Shown one piece after another: positions 24,616-38,523 of a stretch of DNA of 64,000 nucleotides. Where the stretch lies: contig CDMY01000455.1 in the NCBI GenBank assembly GCA_001179505.1, forward strand, positions 9,444 through 73,443, given 5' to 3'. Numbering within the stretch: the stretch's first letter is position 1; every line of letters begins with the position of its first letter. The translations under genes were made by a program, and so were the position numbers. Below the pieces are notes generated by a model that worked only from the letters and a program-made list of their open reading frames with translations, had not been told where the DNA came from and made no database searches. This DNA comes from Vitrella brassicaformis CCMP3155. Taxonomy: Eukaryota; Protista; Chromerida.

Positions 24616-24973
24616 CCCGAGATTTGCCCGTGTGGACGCATGGCATGGATGGAGTAATACGCGGTTGACAGCGACTGACCTGTCTCTGGTCACACATGGC
24701 CCGCCCGAAAAAGTCAATTCATCAGTCAAGACAGCCTGACAAATGGGTATCTATAGTGTTGCTCTATCGCTACTATGTCGTCCGTCCATTCCACACAAGT
24801 GGGTATGTACAACGTTGACAAGCACCCTGGATGGCTGCATACATGGCGTCGAAAAAACACTGGCATACGGCCTGCCTGCCTCTACACGGCGAGACAGATG
24901 GATAGATGGATGGATGGCTATCGTACACCGACTCACACACAGCACAAGATGGACTTGCCTGCCTTCCGGTGTC

Positions 24974-27900
24974 TCATGTGACGGTGGGTATGTTTCTCGT
25001 GCGGTAGTCCTCCCCCTGGAAGATGGGCGCCCGCTGCTCCTCCTCCCTCTCCCTCTCGTCCTCACCACGCAAGAACTCCTCATCGCCAGCAGCCTCTTTC
25101 CGCACATGCCCATGAGTCGTCGCCTGGACCTGCACATACACACCAGAGGGATGGGCGGATGCATTTGTCGCTGGCCGACCGACCGATCAGAGCTGATATG
25201 TACCTGTCGGGCCCACTGGCTGGCGTATTTGCCGTTGGGTATCCTCAGTAGCTCGGCGTGCGACCCCTGCTCCGCAATGATGCCGTTGTCGATGTAGACG
25301 ATCTGGTCGGCGTCCACTATCGTCGACAGCCGGTGGGCGATCGCCACACTCGTGCGGGATTGACCCATCGTCTGTACCACCAGACCAGAGAGGCAGGCGG
25401 CATTTGTGGTCCGCCGACGGAGCGTTGCGTGGCTCTCTTTGTCTCACCTTGAATGCGTCGAGGATCTTCTTCTCGGTCTCGAGATCCAGCGACGATGTGG
25501 CCTCGTCAAACACGACGATCAGCGGATTCCTGACACACACACACACTCACACACATGCGTTGACACCCACCCCTGCCTGCCTCTGTGTGTCTCGACTAAT
25601 CACTCACCTGAGAATGCACCTGGCGATGCCGACCCTCTGCTTTTCGCCGCCCGACAGCTTCAGTCCCCTCTCGCCCACCACCGTGTCGTAACCCTGACAC
25701 ACAGCCGATTGACGAATAAACACTATAGGCACCAGGAAACAAACGCAGCCAGCCCCAAATGTATGAGTGACAGCAGCTGACCTACCTTTGGGAAGTTGGA
25801 GATTGTGTCGTGCAGGTGTGCTGCCTTGGCGGCAGCTACCACCTCCTCGTCGGTCGCCTGCAATCAACGCAACGCATTGGCACAAGCATTGCACGAGGGG
25901 GTCTGTTTCTCTATAGTGTGCAGTTGAGTTCCTTACAGTCGGTCTTCCGTATCTGAGGTTGAACATGATGGTGTCGTTGAACAGCACAACGTCCTGCGGC
26001 ACAACACCTATGTGCTTACTACACACGCACACACACACACACACACACACCGCACGACGGTCGGCACACATTCATCCAGCCATGCATTTGCTTCCTCACC
26101 GAAATGAGCTGGTCTTGAGTGTTCTGATGTCCTGCCCATCGAGGGTGATGCGGCCGCCGGTGGTGTCCATGACGCGGAACAGCAGCTTGATCAGCGTCGA
26201 CTTGCCGGAACCCGACGAGCCCACGATGGCCAGCTTGTGGCCCGCCGGCACGGTGAACGATATGTCTGCACACACACACACACACACACACGTGTCCACA
26301 CACAGAGAGATATGCACCTGTGTGGGGGCGTGTGTGAGTGTTGTGCGCTGTGCTACCGGAGAATACGGGCACAGTCAAGTTCTTGCCGGGCTTGTAGTCG
26401 AAAGACACGTTCTCAAAGGCGATCACACCCGACCTGTAGGCAGACAGACAGACAGACGCACTAACGAATATTTAACGCTTAGCGATTCCTTCCTGACCCC
26501 GGCACGTAGTCTTTCGCATTTGGAATGTCCGCAGCTTTCGGCTTCCGCCTGAGAAGCTCGTGAAGCTGAAAGAGATAGAGAGGCAGACACATGAGTATGC
26601 CGTCGTGTGATGTGATGTGTGTGTTGAGTGCCCGTCGCACCTTCCACATGTCGATGAGGTTGAGCCTCGTCTCGCGGTAGACCGTCCCGATGAAATTAAG
26701 AGGAATCGCCAGCTGGAACAACAGCGAATTCACCAGCACCAGGTGACCTGACAAGGTAGAGAAAGGGAGAGAGGGAGCCACCTGCCGTTCGTGTGTGCCA
26801 GGGGAGAGGGTGCGAGGACCGACTCACCGACGGGGCAGGCTCCAGCGACCACCTGTGAAGCGGTGAGGCACATGCAGGCCAGCAGGCCCGCGCTGAAGAT
26901 GAGCTGCTGACCGAAGTTCAGGAAAGCCAGCGACTCCAACACCTGACGATACGCACACACGGAGGGTGTGGTTTTATACAGCGTGCCCATGACACGACGG
27001 ATGGGATGGGCGGGCAGATGGGATGGGTACCTTGACGTTTTCGTCTTCGTATTTCTTTTGTGTCTTGTTGTATCTCTCCAACTCGAACTGCTCGTTGGTG
27101 AACAGCCGAACCGCCTCGGCGTTGATGAGCGAATCCATCAACAGACCATTGCCCTCTTGCTCGGCCTACACAACACACACACACACACACACACAGAGAG
27201 AGAGAGCGAGAGAGAGAGAGAGAGAGAGGGTGAGTGAGGGTGCTTGGGTGGGTGGGCGGCGCGTCACCTGGTTCATTTTCTTTCTGATCTCTGTCCTCCA
27301 CCCCGTAACTATGGTCGTGAACCCAATGTAGGACGCCATCGTGCCCACCGTAATCGCTGCAGGCACCAGGCAGCAATGTGTGTGTATGTGTCTGTGTGTG
27401 TATGTGTGGGCACCGCATACATACATACCAGCTGTCAGGGGTCCCACGCTGGTGGTGAGGACGTACAGTACGAGGGAGAACTCAAAGATGGTGGGCACCA
27501 CCTGGAACAGCATCATGTTCAGGATGGACGTCGTCGACCGCACTCCCCTGACACAACACACCAACACGGATCACCACGGACGATCAACCACGGTGTCGTC
27601 GATATGGCTTTCTGGCCTGCCCATCTTCCACCAGAGCAGACCTCGATATGATGGTGCTCAGCTCGCCCGATTTGGCCGTCAACAGATAGTCCAAATCTGA
27701 ACACGTACGTATACAGGCAAGCAATGACCATTTGCAGTGCCCTCTGTCTGCTTCTGCTGACCGAGCGAATGCAGATGGCGGAAAGCGTCGCAGGCGATAT
27801 GCCGACACGCCACTTGAGAGACCTGCACAGACACAGGAATCGTGCACGTGAGCCGTCGTCTGAGGTGTTCCTCCCTCCATCTCTCCCTCCCTCCCTCCCT

Positions 27901-28679
27901 CCCTCCCTCTCTCTCCCACTGACCCTTGCAAATATGGCGCTCCTGAGCTCTGAGAATCCCGATGCTCCGATGCGCGCCAAGGCATATGACACCAAGAAAA
28001 CTACGGACACCATACCATTGAGCCACAGGACAGTAAGCCACCAGCACCCACGAATCGACCTGCACTGCACTGCACCCACCGATGGGAATCATCTCGATCG
28101 ACGGCGTTGACGCCACATGGTCCACCAGCTTGCCCAGCAGCAGGGGCGCCTGGATGGTCGCCAGCTTGCCCAGTATCAAGCAACCCACCGACGCAACCAC
28201 TCGCACGCGATGTGACCTGCAATTGCAGCAGCAGCAGAAGCAGCAGCCAGCATGGCTCAGAAACGGCACATGTCATTCGTCCATCTCACTCACGTGTCAC
28301 TCGGCCATAGGAAGGTCGCCAGTGACTTAAGGATGTCGAGGTTGCCCTGCCACGTCGTCCGCTTGTCCACCGCACCGCTGGCCTTGCTGTCCCCGCCACC
28401 AGCCCTCTCCCATCTGCCAGACAGCTCTATCCGCCTCTCCTCGAGGAGGGGCCGATACCTTGATAGACACCGATGCTGACCTGCTGGGGTCCATAAAGCA
28501 GGCCTGACGCGCCAGCACTCCGCAGCAATAGTCCTGTGCGTAAGGAGGAGGGAGGGAAGGGGCGCTGCAGAGGGAGAGATGCAGGCAGCGGCTGACGTTG
28601 GGACGTCTGACGGCCAGCGGAGAGGTCTGAGGCGACGAGATGCGGGCAGTAGACTGCGGGCCAGCCTCTGCGAGGCCAT
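24974..28679 (-). CDS. ATM1: Mitochondrial ABC transporter ATM1/ABCB7
   Basis: Presequence-like [11 protein letters not shown]; [11 protein letters not shown]; [10 protein letters not shown]; Walker [10 protein letters not shown]; [14 protein letters not shown]; signature [19 protein letters not shown]; DEATSSLD; IAHRLSTI. Confidence 0.96.
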
Positions 28680-28896
28680 CAGTGCAGCGAAATCACTCAG
28701 ATCAGCGCTGCCACTTCCGAAGTTGATCGAAACGCTTCAAACGTTGTTGCTGATGGATCAAACGATGCAAGCTGGTGTCAAATGATGCCTGACCACTTCA
28801 AAACAGCCGAAATCTGGGAAAAGAGCAGCATCCGATCGGCCTGCGAGCTTATCGGTGAGAGAGTTTTGTGCGGCGTGGAAGTCCTCCTCATCCAGT

Positions 28897-30352
28897 ATGT
28901 TTGGGTGGCTCGGCGGGAAGTCTGGCTCGTCAGCGGCCGGTGCTGGGCCTCGGGTGGAGAATGGCGTGAGGCGGCTGCCTCTCGAGCTGCAAAACACCGT
29001 CGGCGGCTTCATGTCGGCAGCAGACTGCGCATCGTACCGCCCGACGTGCAGCCATGGCCGCGGCCTTATCAGCGAGAGCTTCCTGCAGCGCCGCATTCAA
29101 CGATTCCTCAACGACAAGGGGCTGACGAGCATCTTCCGCTTGCAGGAGGATGGAGATCCGCAGCAGGAGGGGGGCCTTGTCATTCACTACATTGCCTATC
29201 TGCTGGGGCTCATGTATATCCTCGAGGCCCTGGGCGACTGGTCCGAGTGGGTCTGGCGCATCCGGTCAGTCTTAACAGGACAGACGTGTGTGCAGGTCTG
29301 GGGCATGCCCGCGCGTGTGTGTGTTCAGCCTGGCGCACCACTGTGGCGTGTTGACGGATTCGCTGCCCCTCATGCTGCGGCCCGCAGACGTGCACAAGGT
29401 CAAGAGCAAGAAGGAGCTCCATCGACAGCCGCAGAGCATGGGTACGCACATTCCATATATATGCAGTGGAACTGTCCGCCTGCACTCGACCTGTGTGTTG
29501 TGTGTGTGTGCAGGTCAGTATCTTCTCTTCGGGCACCGGCTGGTGTATGAGGGCGCCCGCAACGACATGGCGCTGCATTCTGTCGACAGGGAGGGGTACG
29601 GCTGGCTGGGCAGCTGCCACATGAGGGCCTATCGCGCACCAAGCGCCATCCGCAATGGCTGTCCATTCCGCAACTCATACGATCGCAAGGATCCCGTCTG
29701 TGATAGTGAGCTGCTCGTGGGCACACAGGAGGGGGAAACTGAATGGAAACACATCTGGCCTTTGTGTGTGCGCGCTGCCTGCGTGCTTGGTGCGTGTGCA
29801 GTTCTTGGCTACTCGTTTGCGTCGTTCAGGGACGCCGTCAGCCTCAGGTGAGTCAGACAGACAGACCATTGACCGTCTTGTGTGTCGTCTCTCTCTCTGT
29901 TAATCTCTCCCCCCTCTCTGCCTGTGTGCGGGCTCAATGCGAGCAGGTTTTCGCCGCACCCCCAGACGCCCACTGCGGTGCGTACGGCCTTCATGAAGAT
30001 GGCCTTCCCGGGCCCCAACGCCGCCCTCTTCCGTCGCCTCGACACACTCGCCACATGGCGGCCTCCGGTGCTCGGCAGACAGACCGTCGCCACTCAGACG
30101 ATCTGTCGCCAAACCGAGCTCCTGCGCATCATCTGCCTGCACGCCGACGGGCCAGAGGTCCAGGACGGCTTCGCGGCCTACTTGGAGGTCTACCGCTGCA
30201 TCAACTACAACGCCTACGTGGCCCTCCGCACGACCGAGACGCGGCAGGACGGCTCGCGAGCGGCGACGAGGTTCCCCCGGACGGTTGCCGTGGTGCGTCG
30301 CGTGATGCGTGCCAACGACATTCAGCTCATCTTCGGCAACAGACTCGACTGA
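28897..30352 (+). CDS. Lineage-specific family protein with N-terminal F-box-like motif (homologous to the C-terminal part of the 41201-44189 gene)
   Basis: LPLELQNTVGGFMSAADC (F-box-like). Shared blocks with the 42-44 kb gene: LPLMLRPADV/LPVMLTSADI, GQYLLFGHRL/AQLTLVGRHI, DRKDPV/QHDPP, SFASF/YASLSSF, LRTTE/IWTTE. Confidence 0.7.
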
Positions 30353-30929
30353 TGGATCGATTCGTTCGGTGGGTGCGCAGAAAGAAGACATACATGCGTT
30401 CAATCTGGTAGCGAGTGCGTCCCTGTGTGTGTGTGTGTGTGTCTTGCTGAGCAAGGGAGCGGAGGGAAGGCGGATGGCTTGAGGACACGCACAGCCGTCT
30501 AGGTCTAGGTGTGTGTGGGGGTGGGTTGGATAACACATGGGGCCGGGAGTATTTTGTGCATCTGATTGGTGTGTTTAAGCGCCGGTTGTGTGTGACGGAA
30601 GGGGCAAGGCAGTCAGTCGTTTGATGTTACACGACGGTGCACAAATGTGTTTGAGCGCCGCCTGTGTGTTGAGGGGGGGGGGGAAGGCAGTCGTTTGCAT
30701 GTCTGTCTACACGACGGTCCCTTAGCCCATGCATGGTTCTGTCCATGACAGAGACCACGGCTGCAGACACCGACAGTCTGTCAAATATGGCTGGCACGCA
30801 ATCAAACGAGCGAAGAGACATCACGATATAAAATGTAGGCACCGATGCACCGAAGGTGCTGCTACCTTTTCTCACTCTAGATCTCCTCCCTCTCTCTCCC
30901 CTTCAGTGGCCAGTAGCAATGCAGAACAT

Positions 30930-33900
30930 TCAGCGGCATACGTTTGCCGCCCCATGCATATTATCGAGATCCCCGCCGATCTTCTCTTCCTCTTCTGCCT
31001 TGACTGCCGGCGAAGTCGTGCCGGAGATTAGCCATTGGCCTGCACACATCGACCAGCGATCAGCAGGGGTGTGCATAGCGCCAAAGAGACAGGTGGAATG
31101 CAAAACATGTCCGAACAAACATATGAGACTCGTGGGCATGTTCGATCTCATACGTAATCTGGTACAGCTGCGCCAGGTCGAAGGCAATCAGGAGGGAGGC
31201 AATGGCGATGGAGATGATACCTGTACCCAGCCAGTCAGTCAGCCAGCCAGTCACATGACATCCACATGCGTGAGTGTGTCAAACACTCATTTACTCGTCC
31301 GTACCGAGCACAAGCAATCCCACGGCCCATCCAATGAGGTACTTGCTTTCGTGGAACTTTATGATCCCTGACAGACAGAGAAAGAAGTGCTCAGATACTC
31401 ACACAAACAGCAAGGAGGATGCCCTGTAACCTCCGGTGGCCACAAAGAAACAATTAAAAGGCAGAAAAGGTCGGAATGACTTCCTTTCCTGCGGTCGTGG
31501 CCGTCTGATTGTTGGTGGGGTCGCCTCCCACGGCGGCCAGTGGGAGGCGGCCACCGCCCCGCTGCTGCCGTCGTTTGTCGGCGGTGTCGCCCTTGTTGAC
31601 GCCGTCGGTCAGGTTCATACCACTGCATACCAGATGACATTCCTGCAACAGCACACACACACATATGCACCTGGAATGCTCCCACGTGGCGAGTGTGCTC
31701 ACTTGAGAGCGATCTTGATGTTGATGGCCGTCAGATCGGGTGGCGAGTACATGTTGGTCGATGAGGTCTTGGCGCCGATGCGCACAGTAGACCAGCGATC
31801 AGCGCAGGGGTGTCTGCGCCCCTTCATCTTACTGCCCGATTTCCAATCCGAGCTGAGATCCCCACAGGCCATCAGATACGCCGTACAGGGCGCCTGGGTG
31901 ACACCAAAAAACATCCATCCATGCATCTATCTGCTCAATACCTAACACACGGCAGAAGTACTCAGGAGTTCGCCGTTCTCCCAAAAACAGCACCGCCTTC
32001 TTCGTCTGTGCGACTTCTCTGGGAAGCACGCCGACAGACAGACAGACAGACACAGACACAGACACAGACACATGGACAGAAAGGCGGCATCTCTTTGTGC
32101 TTGTCCGTTCGGACCGAAGCTTCTGAAGATTCTGCTTCTTCTTTGTCTCAACAAGTATTCCAACGCAGACAAGGACGGCCACATAGACGTAATGCTTGAC
32201 ATAGCGATAGAAGAAGATGTCCGCTCCAGCCTGTCGCACACACACACACCACACACACCACACACACCACACACACCACACACACCGCACACACCGCACA
32301 CACAGAGACCGAGAACATCGGCGGAGTGCTCTTTCTTTGCTGAGCTCCTTCCTTCCCTTACGTCGTGTGTGCTGCTTGCGCCGCCAAACGTGCGAGCCGA
32401 GCCGACAAACAGGATCCCAATGAACATGCACGAAATCGCACCGCGGTCCAAGGACCATGGCCGGTTCTCGATGGATCCACTGACAAGACAGAAACAGCAA
32501 TTTCTCTGTTGCTTCGGCCGCCAAATACCCACGCACGCACCTGGTCCACTTTGTCTGGAGTGATGGTCTTAAGGAGCTGCTGCATGAGTTGGTTGGCCTC
32601 CCATATGGCGTTTCTGTAACAATCCACACACACACACAGATGTACTAGGAGTACCTACTCGGCGTGTGCTTACGTTAGCGCTGTTCTGATGTTGACGGCC
32701 GTCATGTCCGGTGGTGAGCAGATGGCGGTCAACAAGAAAGTCTCGGCGCCCGTGTGTAGGCTTGCCGTGAAGCCCTTGCCCTTCTTGTCCCAACTCAACT
32801 CATACGGCGCTGCATGGCGAACACACGCACACACACACTCAAGTGCGTGTGGTGTGCTGTGGATGAAATCAAAGACATACAGTACCTACCCACCTGCCGT
32901 CTTTCATCTGTGTGCGCAGGTTGGCCAGCAGCCTTTCGGCATAGAGGTCAGCAGCAGCGCCCTCTCCGCACGGTTCTGCGTGGTCCTCTTGAGGCTGCGG
33001 CTGCACAGCACACACACAGGATGTGATCGATGTCCAAACATCCATCCATCCATCCATCTAGCCAGCCATCCATCCATCCGCCTGCCTGTTGCTGATGGCG
33101 GCTCCCACTCGCTCGGCCGTGTGGGGGTCGGATGCACACAAAGACAGACAAGTGGCACGGCACATGGTCAGTCACACAAAACATACAGGCGTGTGCTCTG
33201 TTCGTTCGTCCACGCACCCCCATCTCCGTTGCCAGTTTGTTGCGCACTCCGATGGCGTCCATGAGCGCGCCGACGAGCCCTGCACTTATATGCACACACA
33301 GAGCACATCTATGTATGCCTACATGAATGAATGACACGAGGCGTCGCTCTTCTGCACGTGTGCCGTCTGTCTGACCGGTGATGGTGTGGTGGTGCGGTCT
33401 GATGGGTCACACGTAGTGCAGCTGCTTTTGGGGCGTCAGTAGCTGCGGCACGAACGCCGTGAGTTGCGGATGCCATCGAATGCAGATGTCCTCGGCCTAG
33501 AGGAGCGTCACACGCACAGCACACACAGACACACACGCGTGCAGTGCATCATGATGACGGAATCGGTTGCGTGCGTCGGTCAGCTCACTCACCTGTAGTG
33601 CTGCTTTGACGGCCTGAGTCCTCGGCAGGGGCGCCAGCATCGCCGTGGCCGCGGCATGCAGCTGCTTTCCTGTGAGTACGTCCTCCCCTCCCTGGTCGGC
33701 CATCTGCACAATACAAGATACAAGATACCATCTTCAATGGTCCTTGTGCAGGCATTCTGTCCCTCCCTGCTCATATTCGGACGGCTTGAATTCTTCAACT
33801 CGGACAGACGGTCAAATTGAATCCGAGGAGAACCGCTGGCCAATGGGTCCCCCTTGCCCTTCATCATCCGCAAGTCCAACAGCGAGTGGGAAAACCACCA

Positions 33901-33939
33901 TTTCAACCCAGACGACCCGGCTCCACAGACGCTGTCCAT
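30930..33939 (-). CDS. Hypothetical multi-exon gene (possibly two genes) with hydrophobic segments and a duplicated SPPD motif
   Basis: Coding-like exons flanked by GT-AG, e.g. AEDICIRWHPQLTAFVPQLL, SPPDMTAVNIRTAL|TNAIWEA, YVYVAVLVCVGILV, SPPDLTAINIKIAL|KNVIW, YLIGWAVGLLVL|GIISIAIASLLIAF. The full phase path was not resolved. Confidence 0.4.
32236..32302. repeat. Intronic 9-nt tandem repeat (CACACACCA)n
   Basis: About six copies of cacacacca/cacacaccg are visible. Typical of the CA/TG-rich introns throughout the window. Confidence 0.85.
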
Positions 33940-34374
33940 GCTCGTGCGGCGCTCCTCTGCCGCAGCAGGCGCGCTGGTGTGTGCTGCACATGGATGACAC
34001 AAAAGGAGTGAGCATCGGCGGCAGCCGTGAACTCTTCTTGATTACAGCGCTCACAAGCTGAGCCTGTGTGTCGAGCCGTGGCCGCATTATCCTCGTTGAA
34101 TGGGCCTGGTGCCTGTCGATCGAGTCCGCCTTCTCTCTCTCGAACAGCATGCCAGCAACGGCGGCAGCAGGTGCAAAGACGAGCGAGGGGATGGATTCAT
34201 ACGATGCCAAAAAATGTGGAAAAGGAAGAAGGCCGTCTCGTCGCGGCGAGAATTCTGGCCAGTGCGTAAACACGGCTGGGGTTTCGGAGGACGTGCTAGA
34301 TGGCCTGTCTCTCCCACCAGCCTTTTCAGGCACTTTTGTACATGTCACATGTCTACGTACTCCCTCTATCGACC

Positions 34375-35818
34375 TCATTGTGTCTTTCCTACGCCACTCA
34401 CCGGCGACAGCTCTCGTGCAATAACCGCATCCAGCAGCGCTATCCTGACACGCACATATGATGGCTGCATAATCACGTCTTCCGCCGCTGAATGTCTCCC
34501 CCGCTCTCACCTGATTGGCACTTTGCTGGCGTAGTCGATGTACTGCTGCCCAAAGAAGGCCCGAAGGCTTCGCTCCTCATTCCGAATTCGGTCACGGAAG
34601 AAGCGCCACGCCACTATTGTGAACACCACAAAGCACCCGCCGTTGAGCAGCATCAACTGACTGCCTGACACATGACACACACAGACAAACGGAAATGGAC
34701 GTCAGACGCTCGAGAAGAAACGCACATTTTTCATTGGCGCACCGGCGCTCCACATGAACCACCCCAGGTAGGCGGGGTGTCGGCACCATCCGTACACGCC
34801 GTGAGTGACCAGCACATGCCCCTCTACCCTCTCAGTTGCCACCTGATGGGTGAAGTGCCGCCGCGCTGTGACGAACGCCAGCCATCGCAGGACAAGGCCA
34901 CTCATACACACGAAGGCGCCNNNNNNNNNNNNNNNNNNNNNNNNNNNNNNNNNNNNNNNNNNNNNNNNNNNNNNNNNNNNNNNNNNNNNNNNNNNNNNNN
35001 NNNNNNNNNNNNNNNNNNNNNNNNNNNNNNNNNNNNNNNNNNNNNNNNNNNNNNNNNNNNNNNNNNNNNNNNNNNNNNNNNNNNNNNNNNNNNNNNNNNN
35101 NNNNNNNNNNNNNNNNNNNNNNNNNNNNNNNNNNNNNNNNNNNNNNNNNNNNNNNNNNNNNNNNNNNNNNNNNNNNNNNNNNNNNNNNNNNNNNNNNNNN
35201 NNNNNNNNNNNNNNNNNNNNCAAGGCCACTCATACACACGAAGGCGCCAAACACAGACACAGCCGAGAGCGCCAAATCGGCGGATTTGCTCGAGGGAGGA
35301 GACCACAGCCGACTGACAATCGCCTGTCGGCCGTAATACTCGGCCGCTGCGGTGGCCATTGCGATGACATAGGATGTGCCGTTGTTGAGGAGGAACGAGT
35401 CGTAGGAAAGGGCGGCTGGGTGGACGAGAGCCACGAAGAGATACTCGACGAAGTGAAAGGCCACTAAGGAGAGCAGAAAGAGGGACTCGGGATATAACGT
35501 GGCAAAGACAGCGGGATGGACGTAATAGCCAAAGAAAGCACCCAATAAACCACACACAACCTGGCACACACACAGCAATCATTGTGACTGTGCGCAGCCG
35601 GACTCCCCTCGTTCGCGCACCAGGCACACAGTCGGCGTCCATCGGCTGCTCACTGCCTCATAAGGCACCGACCCGCCGCACAGGAGCATCAACCAGAAGG
35701 CACCAGATGCCATCCAATGGCAGCCGTGGACAGTACTGGCCGGTGCGAAGGACAACAGCACAGAGATGAGTGCCCCGCTGGAGAGGAAAACCGTGACGCT
35801 GTCGAGCGCCACTGCCAT
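34375..35818 (-). CDS. ICMT: Protein-S-isoprenylcysteine O-methyltransferase (ICMT/Ste14); last exon uncertain
   Basis: FHFVEYL...SFLLNN..YVIA; LRWLAFVTARRHFTHQV; HVLVTHGVYGWCRHPAYLGWF; WRFFRDRIRNEERSLRAFFGQQYIDY. Confidence 0.93.
34921..35220. other. Assembly gap (300 N), probably spurious, inside an ICMT exon
   Basis: The same 28 nt (caaggccactcatacacacgaaggcgcc) flank both sides. Confidence 0.97.
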
Positions 35819-36552
35819 TGATGAGATGCCATGGAAGGTGTGAAGGGCTGAATGCATCAGGACAGATAGATCACGTCGTGGAGCTCTCTGTCGCCTGCGC
35901 CTGCAAGGCACGTCGTTCTTGCAGATGTATGGACGACAGATCTCGGCACACGGCCGTCAGGACGGGCTGATGAGGGATCAAAGGGTTTGTTACCCTATAG
36001 CCCCACGGCCATGCAAGATTTGTGTTTTGAGCTTGTGCTGCCTTCCTGAGACAACATGAGCTTCGGTAGATCTGATCTGCAGCCATCACCTGATCTGCCA
36101 TCATATAGTTCAGTCGCCTGTGATGGCTGCATCGCTGAACCGCCTTGACGGAGCCCAAGTGGATGGATGACGGTGGTGAGCTGCAGACGAAGAGGACGAC
36201 AGCCATGATGATAGCAGAGTGCTCGCCAGGAAGGGGTCAGCTCGCCTGCCTCACATCTCGAAGATCTATCTCACTCGGGCGTATCTCTCTCTGCTCTCCT
36301 CTCGACCGCTTCCCTCAGCGATGACGAAGGACCGGAGGATGACAACGAAGGCGCCACTGCCCAGACAACTCACGGTGCTCATCCATCCATCTCAAGCAGC
36401 ACCCCCCCTCAGCCACCAACCCAGCCCAACTCGCCAGCAAAGCCAACGCGCCCTCTCATCGGATTCTCGTCCGTCCGCCGCTCTCTCGGCAGCTGCCCCT
36501 CTCCATCCGACAGCTCTCTTTCTCACAGCAACTGACCGACTGACACGTGCCG

Positions 36553-38066
36553 ATGGCCCGACTTACTGCCTTTCTTCTGGTGCTGTGTGTGGCGGCCCTG
36601 CTGATGCCCTTGGCGGCCTCCCAGAGCAGCAGCTCTCATCAGTACGGCCATGGCAGTGGCTATCAGCCTGACTATGGTGTGTGCCACAAGAAGGAGCCAG
36701 TGCACTACGAGTGCCCCCACGGCTACACATTCGATGACGACAGCCACAAGTGCGTCAAAGATGAGTACGGGGAACTCATCTACTACTGCCCAAAGGTGAG
36801 TGAACCGGCACACACAGATGGATCGCAACAATCGTGTTGCTGATATGTCTGTGTGTTGTGTGTGGTGCAGGGCACCAAGGAGGCCCATGATGGTTCGTGT
36901 GTCAAGTATGACTACGCCGACAAGACGCCCTACTGCAAACACGGCAAGCTGGATGATGCCGCCCACAAGTGCATCGACCACCAGTACTATGACGTCGGCT
37001 ACAAGTGCCCCCACGGCTACTCGTTCACTGCTGATGAGACCAAGTGCTACGCCGACAAGTACACTGCCAAGCTCTATAAGTGCCCTTATGGCTACGAGCT
37101 GACCACTGACAAGAAGAAATGCATCAACCACACCTACGCCGACCTCAAGTATTACTGCCCAAAGGTGGGTGGGGTGGGGTGAACGTCATAACAGACACGC
37201 CAGTGGATGTGTGTCATTCCCTCTCTTGTGTGTCTGTGTGTGTCTGTCAGCATTCGTATGCCACGGCCAAGGGCTGCAAGGTGACGACTTACAAGGACAA
37301 GGTGGCCTCATGCCCCCACGGCCACCTGGAGGGCGGCAGGTGTGTCGTCATCAAGCACAGCTACTACTCCTATTACCCCAAGTGCAAACACGCCTACTCA
37401 TTCCACAACCACAAGTGCGTCCTCAAGACCTTCCATGACGCCCACCGCAAGTGCCCCTATGGCTTCTCGCTCACCGCCGACCACAGCAAGTGCTATGTGG
37501 ACAAGTATGTGGCCAAGAAGGCCAGGTGCCCCCACGGCTACAAGTGGAGCAAACACGAGAACAAGTGCATCAAATACGACTACGCCGACCTGCAGTACTA
37601 CTGCCCAGAGGTGAGACCGAGATCAGCACGACGCACAGAGTGAGGCACTTACGTCTGTGTCCGTCTGTGTGTGTCCATTCAGCACTCTGTGTTGACGCAC
37701 AAGGGCTGCAAGTCGACTACATATGAGCACAAGACGCCCTACTGCTCACACGGCCATCTCGAGGGCCATAAGTGTGTCGTCAAGAAGCACTACGACATCC
37801 ACTATGAGTGCCCCCACGGCTATCAGCTGACCAAGGACGGCACCAAGTGCTACGCCGACACCTACTATGACAAGCTCTACAAGTGTCTGTCGGGCTATGA
37901 GCTGACTGAGCACGACAGCAAGTGCGTCAGCTACCACTATGCTGACGTGGCCTACAAATGCCTGAAGGGCAAACTGACGTATGTCGGCTCACAGCCCATT
38001 TGCTGCGTCGACCACTATGGCCACGGCAGCAGCACCAACTTCAGGGGGGCCAACAGCTACCGCTAG
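36553..38066 (+). CDS. Secreted Cys/Tyr/His/Lys-rich repeat protein, oocyst wall protein (COWP)-like
   Basis: Signal peptide MARLTAFLLVLCVAALLMPLAA; many CP(H/Y)GY-x(6-8)-KC repeats; four exons. Confidence 0.8.
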
Positions 38067-38523
38067 GATAGAGAGGGGGACGGGTGGGCTGCCTGCTCTT
38101 TCCATGTGTCTGATGTGTCTATGAATAGAGTGAAGCCCTGTGTGCCCGTGTTGTTCTGTCACATATGTGTCGTGCCCTTCTTTGCTATGTGTCTTTCGTG
38201 GGTTGTGCTTTCGTCTTGTTGACTCCCATAGTGTGGCTGGGCGGGCGGGCGGGCCGTGATGAGCGTCGCGTGTGTGTGCGGTGTTTGTTTCGTCATGTAC
38301 CTATCATCTTGTGTGGGTGCTTGTCGATACATGCAGACAGTCACCGAGACAGCTGTGTATATGTCTGTCTGGCTGTCTGTCTGTCTGGCTGTCTGTGCAG
38401 AAGCAAGTGTTAGTTAACTGAACCAACCATCCATCTCTTCCATGTTGTTGCCTGAGGGACCTCAACATTGGACGTGAAAAGCCGTCATAAGGCTTCCATG
38501 CAGCCGCGCATAAATGTGCGTGT

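Noticed and set aside
31280-31370. FHESKYLIGWAV as a class C GPCR TM6 signature
   Set aside because: Only a short resemblance to FNExKxIG; seven TM segments could not be assembled.
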